Assembly (NCBI GenBank): GCA_965202585.1
Contig: OZ241829.1
Span: forward strand, 22,568,001-22,632,000
Source of the DNA: Thalia democratica
Lineage: Eukaryota
Direction of reading: 5' to 3'
Length of the DNA stretch: 64,000 nucleotides
Part shown: piece by piece, positions 11,328-22,931 of the stretch
Layout of the letters: every line of letters begins with the position of its first letter
How positions within the stretch are numbered: position 1 is the first letter of the stretch
Translations under genes and position numbers: made by a program
The notes under the pieces: model-generated
Seen by the model: the letters and a program-made list of their open reading frames with translations, nothing else
Told to the model about the DNA's origin: nothing
Databases searched by the model: none

Positions 11328-13616
11328 TATAGTGGGCTGGTAAGTGGCCATTGACTATTCTCGCGACTAAACAGTAAAAACAAGATTTCTAATTAATTGT
11401 TTAGAGCGGTTTCGTCTTTTAAAAACTGGGTTTGCTTCTGTTCTGCTTAAAGTATACTAAAAGTTATGTAAGCTTAAATGTAGCCAAAGTTTGCGTTTTT
11501 TAAGTTTAAAAAAGCCTCGAAAAATGCTTAATTTTTTGTCAAAATTAAGGTCTACATCTACTGTTAAAAAACACCTTTTTAGCTTTTATACAAATACTTT
11601 TTTTTAAGTTTTTTCATTTCTTTGGTTTAGTGTTAATTGAAAAAAGTTAAAATTCTTTGAATATTTAAATGTAAAAGTTTATTATTTCTCATTTAAAAAA
11701 TCTTCTATTCTCGCCGAAAATTCATCGATGATTTCTGGCAATTTAGGGTATTCTTCAGGGTTAATTTTCTCAATTTACCACCTTAGAACCAACATAATTT
11801 TTTTTAAATAATTTAGTAAAAATGACAAGGAATCTATATACAAATTTACAGACAAATCTATCATGTGGTATATAACTATTTTTTAGGTTTTTACAAGCGA
11901 TATTCCTGTTCAAAAAATTGATATAATATGCTATCCCTGGTTTTTCACTATGACAAAAAAAAATTGTATGTTCTAGAAGGTTCTTAATGAGTATAAATTC
12001 ACTTACTTTTGTTTACAGATCATTTAAGCTCCAAGAATGATGAGAACAATTAGTATTGGTCGAAACATGGTAGCTTAGCATATGTTTTAGTTATTGAACT
12101 AGTTTTTTTTTTACTATTTTAGCAAATTTAAAGTTTTGTAGTACTGTTATTGAAGTTATTATAGTAGTTTTTGTAAAAGTAGTGTTTTTATTTATGATAC
12201 AAGATAGCGAGAGTATTGCATCTGATTAAAATTAGTATATTTTTTGTATATTTATCACTATGACTTATTTAAATCTAGCAGTAATATGGATAGTTTAACT
12301 AACATCGAAATATACGAACTGTTCAAAAACCACAAACCACTATTTCAAACTAAGCCTAACTTTGACGCTGTTGCTGATGAAGTGATAGACAAGCTTGAAC
12401 TTTCAAAATCTATAAAATCTAAAGTCAAAGAAGATCTTGATAAGCTATTCAAAGAATACAAAACTATCCAAAAAAACAATAAAAAATTATATAGCACAGA
12501 TAGAAATATAGTCGAGAAAATATTTTTTGAAAAGTCTTTATATTCTAAATTTGGGAAAAAACTTCCCTTAGATGAAGCTTCTCCAAGAACGCAACGGAGA
12601 CGCCTACATTCATTTACTAGCACAACAACTGAAATTGCCAGTGAAGAAGGCGTGACACCACCAAAAATGTATGCTTTAGGTTTGAAAAGTCAATATTTAC
12701 ATGACAAGGCTGCAGCTGATGTTGGAAGAAAGTTAATTCAGCAGGAAGCCAAAGTTAGCTATAAATTTAGCATGTCAACAGCACTTGCCATGTTAATAAC
12801 TGGAAAAATGACTAACAAAATGTATATTGATATTAGGCTGTATCTTAAAAACGATGGTCAAACAATTTTTAGTTTATGATAAACTTAGCGAATATATATT
12901 TAAATCGATTATGGGACAAGAGTGACTATGATGTTAACAACACTTTAGACAGACTGATTTGCACTTATTGTAAAGAAGTTAGACATACTGCGCGAAGTTG
13001 TTTGCAGCTAAATGGAAAAAATTCATCATGTAGTTCAGAAAGGGAAACGTTGTTACATATGCTTTGTGCTACTGAATAGAGTGTTTTATTTATTTTAGAA
13101 ACTTAATTTCAAAGAACTTTTAAGAACTTACTGTTTGACTTATATTTTCTAGTAATTATAAAGTACTTTTTTTTAATCACAGGCTAAATTATATTTTTTG
13201 CTCTGTTTTGCAACAATTAAATGTTTTTATTGTTCAAAATGTTTACAGTTTTTTCTTTTATTAAACTAGTACAAATGTAACGTTATTGATAATACAAACT
13301 TTGATATACAAAGATCAGCCTTAAATTGAAAATAAACTGTATTTAGAGTATAGTTTCACCCGGCTTGAAATTGAAAATTCATTCATATTTAAACTAAAAT
13401 GGCAGTAAATTTAACTCTTTTGAGGTAGCCAATCATTTTTTTTTTGTAAGTTTCTTTCTTTAATTTTCATTAGAAATTAAAATTTTAACTATTTTTTAAA
13501 TAAAAACAAACATTATTCTTAATGTAACACTAAGTGTAACTTTAAATTGTATTATAGAGCTTTTTATGACAGTTTTATGTCAATGACCGCTTGATCCCCG
13601 TTTTCAGCCCACTGTG
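11328..13616 (+). mobile_element. Internally deleted Transib/RAG1-like DNA transposon
   Basis: Right TIR, read inward, is CACAGTGGGCTGAAAACGGGGATCAAGCGGTCATTGAC (13616-13579). The degenerate left TIR is TATAGTGGGCTGGTAAGTGGCCATTGAC. An internal ORF resembles the Transib/RAG1 N-terminal core. No matching 5-bp TSD is visible. Confidence 0.72.
12286..13079 (+). pseudogene. Truncated Transib/RAG1-like transposase (N-terminal DNA-binding region joined to the extreme C-terminus; catalytic core absent)
   Basis: LPLDEASPRTQRRRL...SEEG...FSMSTALAMLITGKMTNKMYIDIRLYLKNDGQTIF parallels RAG1 HLLSLTRRAQKHRL...[28 protein letters not shown]...QIF. A frameshift at about 12870 hides S-YDKLSEY. The next frame gives LNRLWDKSD (Transib C-terminal-like) and CTYCKEVRHTARSC. 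Confidence 0.68.
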
Positions 13617-14509
13617 TTATATACACAAAAAAGTATTCTACATGTCTATTTAACATTTTTTAACCTACAAAACTTTGATTCTACCTCAAGTTATTTTATA
13701 AAGTTTTACCTGGTTAGGTGAAACAGCATTCAGTTTAGTAAAAACATTAAAAGCCCTAAGAAAAAAAACTAACTTTAAAAAAAAATAGCACTTACTACTA
13801 CTTTAGAAAATTAAACTTTTAGCAACTGTATTAAATTAATCAGCAAGTCTTCATGCATTTTGAGAGAAAGTATCTACTTTCAGACTTAAGCTGTATTATT
13901 AAATTACACTTAAAAACAAGTAAGCAAATTTTATAAGTATATATCCACTTATAGAAACTACTTATATTGAGCATACAATATAAACTGTATTTTTATATAA
14001 ACTGATTTCTAGTTTTAGACTAATTGTACCTAAAGGGGATAACAAAAATAGTTGTAGCGATTCTCGTTAAACTTTAAAAAAGAAGAAGAACTAAATTATG
14101 GGTGAAGTATTTAATAAAAAAATTATAAGTTAAACGAAATGTCTACTCTTTTTTGATCAAATGTAAAACGAATTGTCTACTTTTCTTTGATTATAAGAAA
14201 AACTACATGAAACTACCCGTTTAATATAAGATGTAAAGCAACACTTTGTGGTAATATTGATTTTCTTTTGCTTAAAATCAATTAAGGTTTGTTATTAATA
14301 CAAAAACTTTAATTAAAATTTTAAAAAGACTTAGTTATTTTTCTTGTAAAAAAAATAGTTGAAGTTATTTTGGCTTTAGTCTAAATAAATTTTATTAAAT
14401 TACTTTAACAATTTCAGTCAAAAAATTTAAAAACACGAAACATAATTGTAATATTTTTGTTTTTCTTTTCTTTAGCTTTTCTTTTCAATTTAATTTATAA
14501 ATATATTGT

Positions 14510-14625
14510 TTATTTAACGACAAAAAAAAAGCGCTAAAGATATTTTGTCCTAAGACTTGGTGGACGAGAAAACCTAAAACGGTGGCCGAGTCGCACACCA
14601 CGGATACCTTTTAAATTCCTGTCCA
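14510..14625 (-). repeat. Dispersed hairpin repeat, copy 2
   Basis: atattttgtcctaagacttggtggacg...gtcgcacaccacggataccttttaa; reverse complement of the 18515-18625 type. Confidence 0.6.
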
Positions 14626-16485
14626 AATTTTATATTTTAAATATAACTGGCATAGAAATAACTTTGTTAAAGTATTATATTAAACTTATTCTAAAAATAA
14701 AACTTTGTTATCGTATGATATCGATAAGTTTGTTAAGGCTTTAACGCAAAAATTTATTTGTCGTGTTGATAACTTAATAAGTTTTTTTTAATACTTAGAT
14801 AGTCAGAACAAAGTCGTCTATTAGACATAAATGCAATGACTAGTTTCAAACAACCAACTAAAGTAAAAGGCCATACAAACGAAGTCAAGAAATAGATGTA
14901 TTTTTTTATCAAATAATGGCAGCTTTTAGTTTAATTGTTTAGGGAATTAAGTAGTATAAGTTTTTTTTTGTTTGTATCATTTTTTTTAATTAGTAGATGA
15001 AACATAGTATTTAATACACTTCAGAAACACGATTTCTGCCAGTAGCTTTTAAGAAAAAAAACAACTATACTCGTTTATTAAATATATCATTTTGAAAAAA
15101 GTTTATGAGCTTCGTAAAAGTTTTTTAAAGCACATTATAAATAAAACAAAACACAACAAAAATGGTTAAAAGTTTTCGAAAAAGTTCTTGCAAAGAAAAA
15201 AAAGACTAAAGTTAGTAATAACATTTTACTTCGTCCTATGTTGAGAAATGTATTAAGAGCAGTTAAGTTTAAAGGTCGTGTATTAAGAAAAACAATTTTT
15301 TTTATTTGTTTTCGTTATTAAAAAATATTAGTAAAAAGTTTTTGAATGAATAAATTTAAACAATAATACAAGTTAAAGATTTTTTTTGGCTGTATCAGTT
15401 GAACAGAGTTTTAAACATTATTTATTTTTTCTAGAATTGGCTGTAATTTTACTTAATAACACTTTTTAACTATATTTCAAGCTATAATACAAGTTTTAGA
15501 GGACATTCGTTGCTTGTAAAAACAAAGCCTTCATAAAAAGGTCATCAGATTAAAAGAAACACCAAAATCTAAAAGACTATTTTAATATAATTAATTAAAC
15601 AACTGGCTTAAATTTAAATACTATTAACAATTAGTATGAATTTATAATGATAATAATTTTGAAAGTTTTCTGTTAGTTACAAAAAAAAGCAGTTTTGTCT
15701 TTTAGTTTGTATTTTAGCTAGTGTAATTTAAAACATCAACGCTTTCGAATACAAACATTAAATTTACAACTTCTTATACACAAAGCTAGACAAAAAATAA
15801 TTTTACGCAGTTGTAATAAAGTCTATAAACACTTCCAATGTTTAACTACCAGTATGAGCAATATAAGGGTAAACAAATTAAACGGAACATCATTAAATAA
15901 CCCGACATTATCTTTCATGTAAAGCGTTGTTAGTTTAAGTGCAATTAATCAAACATTATTGCGATAAGAAGTTTTGTTTTTGCAGTTTTTGTTTGTAAAA
16001 GAGCATCATCATATTAAACCAACCTTATTTTTTTCCTATTTTACAAGTTGAAGTTAAACTTATTTAGGATAAAACTAAAGTTTATTTTGTCGTTTATAAA
16101 AAAGTTTTAGTTAATTTATGTATAATGAGTTTTAAAATCGTCAAATCAAGTAAGATTTGCATACTGAAATTTTTGTTCTAATTGTAAAATTTTATAAAAA
16201 TTTATTTTAATCTTAAACCCTTTCATTACTACAATAAAATAGTACTTAATTTTAGAATTTGTTTGAGTTTGTTGTTTTAGTTTTTTTGAAACAATTATAG
16301 TCAAAACTTTAGTTGAAAACAGATTATTTTCATGTTAATGTCACAAGTTTTATCATGTCGAAATGAGTTCGTCTTCTAGTTCTTCCATGTAAGTTTTTTT
16401 AGTTTATATATTACTTTATATAGAGTCTAGTTATATTTTATGAAATATTGATTTTGTACGTGTGTCTCATAATAATATTCTAGTG

Positions 16486-16735
16486 CAGTGATCGACAATT
16501 TTTTTTTTCAGCTAAAATTATAACTTTTTAAAAAGAACGAAGTTGTAATAAAACTTACAACTATAAACTTGATAGCCAGTAAATTTTGTGTTTTAATATT
16601 ACATATTTTACAGCATTTCTGGTATAAAGTTTTATTTAATTGTTGTTTAAGTTATTTTAAACAACTGCGTTCCGCGGGTACATGTTATTTTGCAGGAAAA
16701 TTAGCCTTTTTCTTAAAAAATATTGCCGACCCTTG
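16486..16735. mobile_element. Old hAT-like MITE
   Basis: Imperfect TIR CAGTGATCGACAA / TTGCCGACCCTTG; 8-bp flanks TTCTAGTG / TTATAGCG (6/8). Confidence 0.45.
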
Positions 16736-18514
16736 TTATAGCGCGTAGTGACTCAACAACTGTGTAACGACGTTACAACAAAAATTTGTCATTTACAATA
16801 GGCTTAAGAGTTACCTTGTGTTTTCAATTGTGCATGCAATCAATTACAAAATGCTGCTGTGTCATTTTACTATTACAACTATTATATTCTTATAAACGCA
16901 TAGTTGCCAAAGTTAATTTATAATCACGTCAGATTTATTTCATTAACATTGAGCTTTAGAACATTTAAATTGTAATGAAAAAAGTAAATTTCTATAATTA
17001 AGTATACTTTTAGTTTGAAGAAACTACACAAGTTTATTAAATATGATTCAGTTCAAATTTGTAAAAAAGTATTTGTTTGAATACGAATTAAGTTGTTCGA
17101 AACTTACTAAAAAATGTATTAGTTTTTGAAAATAAGATTTATCGGAACTTAAAACACAATGAACTTTATTTTATAAATTGCACACAAAAAAAAAAATAGA
17201 TAATAGTCTTTTTGGTTTAACTTAATTGCTAATTTTCGAGAATTAACAAAAGCGTCAGTTTTACTTTTATAACTTAGTTTAAGTATTTACAAAATTTATT
17301 AACCAATAAGTGTTTATAATTTTTAGTTATACCGTATAGTTTTTTTTTATTATATTAAAATATTTTTGATATCGCAGTTGCAAGTTTTTAAGTATATTGT
17401 TTATTGAACGATAAATAAATTGCTTAAAAAGTTTTGTCTACGGATCTGAGTACAAAAAATTCTATTAGTTATTGAAGTGTACACCACATGATTTTACCAT
17501 TTTTTTCGATGAATAATATTTTTTAAACCTAAAATTTTTAACCTTAATAAACAAAACAACCAATAAAGTTTAAGAAATGGAAAAAGAAAGTTAGACGAAA
17601 ATTAACAATGTTATGTGTTTACTTTAAAAAATTTATTCATAATGTATTCAAAAACTTGTTTGATATCATAAGTATGAAGATACAGTCTAAACATAAAACT
17701 TAAAAGAATAAAATTAGAAGTAGAAAACATTATAAGACTTAAATAATTAACTTTAACTAAATTTATAAAACTAGATAAACAATACTAATAGCAAACATGA
17801 AAATATTTTAAATATGGGTCACAACTTTTTAAAAAAGTTAAAAGTTAATAAGGTGAAATATTTTTACTTTGAAATTTATCAGTATTTTATGCTAAAAAAT
17901 TTACTTTTTTGTAATTTAATTGAAACATATAAAGAAGAATATATTTGAATAAATAGAACAAAAGTAAAACTTTTATTACTTTTTAGAGCAGTTATTTTAA
18001 CCACAAATTCAACTTAACTTTCATAAACAATAATATAAAGACAAGTACTCTAAAATTTACAAACTACGCCCTTAATGAGAAAAAACGTTAAAAATAAATT
18101 ATATAAATAAAAATACTCTATTTAATATTTTTTTGTTAACTTTTCTAAGCCTAAAAATATAACTATAAAGAAGCAAATAATATTTTAAATATTAAAAAAT
18201 TAAAAAAATATGTTTAGGTTCCCTCATAAAATTATTATAAGGTTACTTAAAACAATGATATTAGCTTACCATCTATTTATATACTTAACTGTCTATTAAA
18301 AAGTAGATTTAGCACTAAATTTTTAAATGGGCATGCCGGAAAAAGTAGATAAAAGAAGTTTGTAGAATATTATTAAGTTAATTTAATATAGTAATCTTAA
18401 TAAAAAATCTAAACAATACCCAAATAGAAACTGCTGCAATTGAGACTGAACCACTGTTATTGTAACTTAAGAAATCAACTTTTGAACTAAAGTTATTGGG
18501 TATTAAACGACAAT

Positions 18515-18625
18515 AGATGTTAACTGGACAAGACATTAAAGTATATCCGTGGTGTGCAAAACGATAACCGAAAGGTTTTCGTGCACCAGATTCTAGGACC
18601 AAATATTTTTAGCGTTTTTTAGGTT
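18515..18625 (+). repeat. Dispersed hairpin repeat, copy 3 (partial inverted copy at about 17460-17505)
   Basis: ggacaagacattaaa...gtggtgtgcaaaacgataaccgaaaggttttcgtgcaccagattctaggaccaaatattt. Confidence 0.7.
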
Positions 18626-18739
18626 CGATTAATTATTACTTCTTAAACATAATTAAATAAACAAGTAGCAATGATCACTTATGACCTTGATAATCACTAC
18701 AAAATAAATAATTTTTAAGTTCATCCTAAAAATTTCCAG

Positions 18740-21644
18740 AATTGAATAGATTTTTTTGTTAAAATAATGGTTGCTCAGCCCAAAATTTACTGATTTGGTA
18801 GGCTAGCGACTTGTGACCACTCTTGTTGTTAAATAGAGGTAGAAAAAATTGCTTCTGAATACCTAGTACAATAACTATAGATATTTTTTACACTTTTAAA
18901 GTAATCATTTAAGTTAGCTGGTAACAAACTATTGTTAAATTATAAAAAATTACATAACATTTTAATTAAAAACGCATGACATAAAATTCAATTTAAATAG
19001 ACAAATTAATGAAAAGTTAAAACTAAAATCGCTCATTTTAAGCAAACTTGATTTAGTAAGAATTATGAAAATATATTGTCATTTATTTAAAATCAAAACA
19101 TTATAGTCTTAATGTATGTAAAACATACTTATTGCAAAATTTAAAGGTTGAATTCTGAGCATGATGCAGTTTTTATTAAAAAGATCAATTGTTCAGCTGA
19201 TTTAACAGCGATATTTAATCAAAATGTTAGAATTTTTGAATACAACGGACCTATTGGATTGCCTGATAATATCAAAGTAAGTAGTAACTTAGATTTTATT
19301 ATTGTTAAGATTTTATTACAGATGTTAAGCATAAACTTTTCCCCTGTTAAAATCCTACAAAAGTATTTCGCTATGATATATCCTTATACTTGTATAAATT
19401 GAGAACTTTTACTGTTTGTTTTAAAACTTAAAAATTTATGTCTTGTTTTTTTTTGATAACTATTTTTTCCCTATATAACTGAAAAACAAATTCAAATATG
19501 AATTAAAATTAACTAAATTAATGAACTAATAATTGCTTTAATACGTCGAACACAGTTTATGTAAATTTAGAGAATTTTTCTCTATTTACTAAATTATTAA
19601 ACAATATAAATAAATATATTACTAAAACATCTTTATCTTGGTTCCAAATAGTTAGTTTTTAAGCAAAAACTGTCAACAGCAATACTTTACTTGCACAGAT
19701 ATCATTGTATAGAAAATACAATGGAGTTTCGTGTATTGAAGCAGCTAGAGAATACATTATTTTGGCAATGGAGGGTAAATTAATTGAAGGGTGGTCTCGT
19801 CGCATGTTGGAGGTTTTGGTATACAATAACCAGGGTCACATTGCTGAAATGTTAAGACCAAGTTAGTTTTAATGCTTGTTAAAATGACGATTTTGTTTGT
19901 GGTAATATATTTCAGTATGCAAACTACTTAGAAAGATTGTTGGTTCTTTTAATTTAAATAAGTGTAATGAAAAAAATGGAGTGTGACAAAAATAATTTTA
20001 TATCAAGTAAAAAACTTAGACTTTCACTTGTTACTTTTTATAAAGTTAAAAGATCTTCAAGTAATTGTTTAATTTTAAGCACGTCTATGTTATTCTTTTA
20101 AATCAATCAATTTCTATTGGCTTTTTAAGCAATTTATATGCTTTTAAATATGTTTTATATAGAAGATTTTTAAATCTATTTTACATAATTTTTCAGTAAA
20201 CTTAACAAAATTGGTAAAAACAAGTACATTCTGGACAGACCATTAACAAAATTTATAATTTTTTTATTAATTTTACACCTGTTTAAACAGGTTTTTAGTT
20301 CTGACTTAAGTTTTGACTTCACAAAGTCTTTGAAATGTAATTTATAGCCTAAAATGTAAATTGCTGGAATTTTATGTAAATTTCGCTTTTTAGTTAAAAG
20401 CTATTTAAGCACAACGCTATAAATTATTTGCAAACTTTTAAGAGCTGCTTTCTGTTTTGAAAAGTTCTAAAATTAAAGGCTAAAAAGTTGTTTATTTAAA
20501 ATCCAAGTCAAAAAAAAAGTATTTATGCAACATTAACAAAGTCGCTTTGTAAAGTAATACTTTGTCGTTCTTTTTACGTTTTATCAAATTCAGTTTTATT
20601 AAGAATACGTTCTATTATGCTGTTTTTATTTTCTGTTTCACATAATTAATGTTATTTAAAACTGCTTTAACTCTAAAAGTATTAAGTTTTTAAAACTTTT
20701 TTTGCATTTAAATTAACTTTCAAACAATGAAATTTATCAATGAAAATAAAAACTTTAATTTAAAGGGTTTAAAAAATAAGATGTTAAAAAAACAAAAAAG
20801 TAAACTGTCTTTAATAAGTTAAAAAACATTTCATTAACTATTTTTGAAAGTTTCTTTAATGGAACAACCACAATTTATATATTTCAATAAGATTTAATTT
20901 AAAAAACTTGAAATTCAAAATTAATTTTTGAGTAGGCTTAGCTGTATGAAATTATGTTTTTTTTTTTCAGCTTATAGTATTATTGAAATTATTTCAGTTT
21001 ATATAAGTATAAACAAAATGACCGAAAACTAAAACTTTTTAACAAAAGTTGAAAATTATTGAAAGAAGACCTTTTTGCTTACTCTGTAAGTATACAAATT
21101 AAACTGACCTTAAGTGTTCTAGCCATTTGAAACGTATTAGTGTTCATAATTGATGCATTTGTTATTATTTATTATTGAAAACTTGCGTTCATTGTTCTTT
21201 TTGAACTTTTGGTGTTTAGTATTTTTTATGAGTTAACAAACAAGCAATGAACGCATATTTTTTAATACTTTTGTACTACAAAAATGTTTTTTATTTTATT
21301 TAATGAAATATTAAAGCTCTCTTAAAAACCTTTTCAATGAGTTATAAAACATTTCAAACAGTTGTATTCTGGTAAAAGTGGTTCATAATTTAAGTATTAC
21401 AAAGTTGTAAAACTCAAAAGGACAAGTACATTTAAGTTTTTTTTTAAATAACATAGAAACCAAAAGAACAATTTTTTAGTGGCAATACAATCAATCTTTG
21501 TTTACTTTTTATTTATCTATTTGTTTATAAAACATGTTTTAAGTTTCAAAGTCTAAAGTTTGACTTCTAAAAATTCTTATCAATTCTAAAAATGGTAAAC
21601 AAAAATGTTTTCGTGAACAGGCTCAACAATCAGCAACGTAAATG
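18740..21644 (+). pseudogene. 5' exons of the + strand gene: CARD/death-fold-like region with in-frame stops; join(18740-18797, 19147-19276, 19699-19861, 20971-21085, 21621-21644)
   Basis: Phase-compatible GT-AG chain (1>2>0>1>2>2). EAAREYIILAMEGKLIEGWSRRMLEVLVYNNQGHIAEMLRP resembles MDA5/RIG-I CARD C-termini (GWTREFVEAL...AARYMNP). Stops: TAA 18760, TAA 21030, TGA 21060. The link to downstream exons is not fully resolved. Confidence 0.5.
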
Positions 21645-22931
21645 GTATAAAACTTTTTTTCGTTAAATTTTTAAAGCTTTATAAAATGCTATTTTTAAAA
21701 TTTCACCACAAACTTTTATGATTTCTCTGACAGACGTAAGCGTACACTATTTATCGATTATTAAAATTGTTACAGTTACATTAAACTTTTTACTTGAATC
21801 AAATAAAAAAGAAACTTTGCTATAAATCTTTTTTGTTAAAATAAGTACTGTAAACCAACAATTCTTTATTTAAGTGCTTATGGTATTTTCGTATACATTT
21901 TTTACTTTGCAAAGTTTGTAAAATAAACTTGACAGAACTTTAGTTTTATGGAGTATTTTCTCAAATCTTAATCACAAAATAGAAATAATATTAATTTTTA
22001 TTTAAAATACTTTTAAATAGTTATTTTACAATTTCATACTAATTTAAAACAAACAACAGTTTTTGTTTATTTTATAATGCAATCAGATCGTAAATTATAT
22101 TTTTAAATGTATAAAATTTCTTGGTTTTATTTACTTTACAACAGATTTTCATTTCTGTAATAAGTATAGAATGGTCATTTAAATTTGTTAAATATTGTGT
22201 ATTTTTATTTTACAATTGCTAATATTCAACCTATTTTCTTGTTTAACACAAATGTTTTAAAATAAAGCAATTTTTCAAATTGCAAATACTTAAATTAATT
22301 TATAGTTTGACAAAGTATAAACAGCAAATATTACTATCTTTTTAATCAAAAACTATTGACTTTTTCAATTATACCTTACAAACTTTTTTTAATTCAATAC
22401 TTACGATTCTGTAAGTATTTAAGTTTAAATTTTCAAAAATATTTTTGTTATTTTTGTTAGGTTCAAGTAGCTACTAGTGCCGTTTAGTTTTTCATACTTG
22501 TTCATTTTACAGCTACTGCAGATCGTAGTAGCTACTTAGAATCGAACTATAGACAAAGTGAAACCGTATCAAAAGATAAAACTAAAAAAAGGAAAAGTAA
22601 ATTTGTACTCAGTCGTTTGTTTTCTGCTAGTGATTGAAAACAACTCGGCAGTGTGAAGTTAATTTATTTTAACAATTTTTTATATAATTTAAAAAAAAAC
22701 ATAAACATGTTGAATAATCAAAAAATTTGTTTTAAATGTTAAAGATTTTTCACTTAATGCTAAAACCCAATGTAATCATTTTAGTTGTCAAAATTTTTTT
22801 ATAAAACATTTTATTCAATTTATAATTTTAAAAAGCGTTAGAACTTGTCTTTTTCTTAGGTAAACTATTACTTAAAATATTTGATTGGTTTACATTTTGG
22901 TGTTATCTAAAATAAATGTTTATTTTTGTAG

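Noticed and set aside
18760-21062. Alternative genetic code or selenocysteine recoding of in-frame stops
   Set aside because: Neighbouring genes end in TAG/TAA under the standard code, two of the three stops are TAA, and no SECIS core was found
21180-21260. Small inverted repeats (TGCGTTCATTG/CAATGAACGCA; also 25898-25951 and 55341-55355)
   Set aside because: Too short to classify; probably MITE debris or chance
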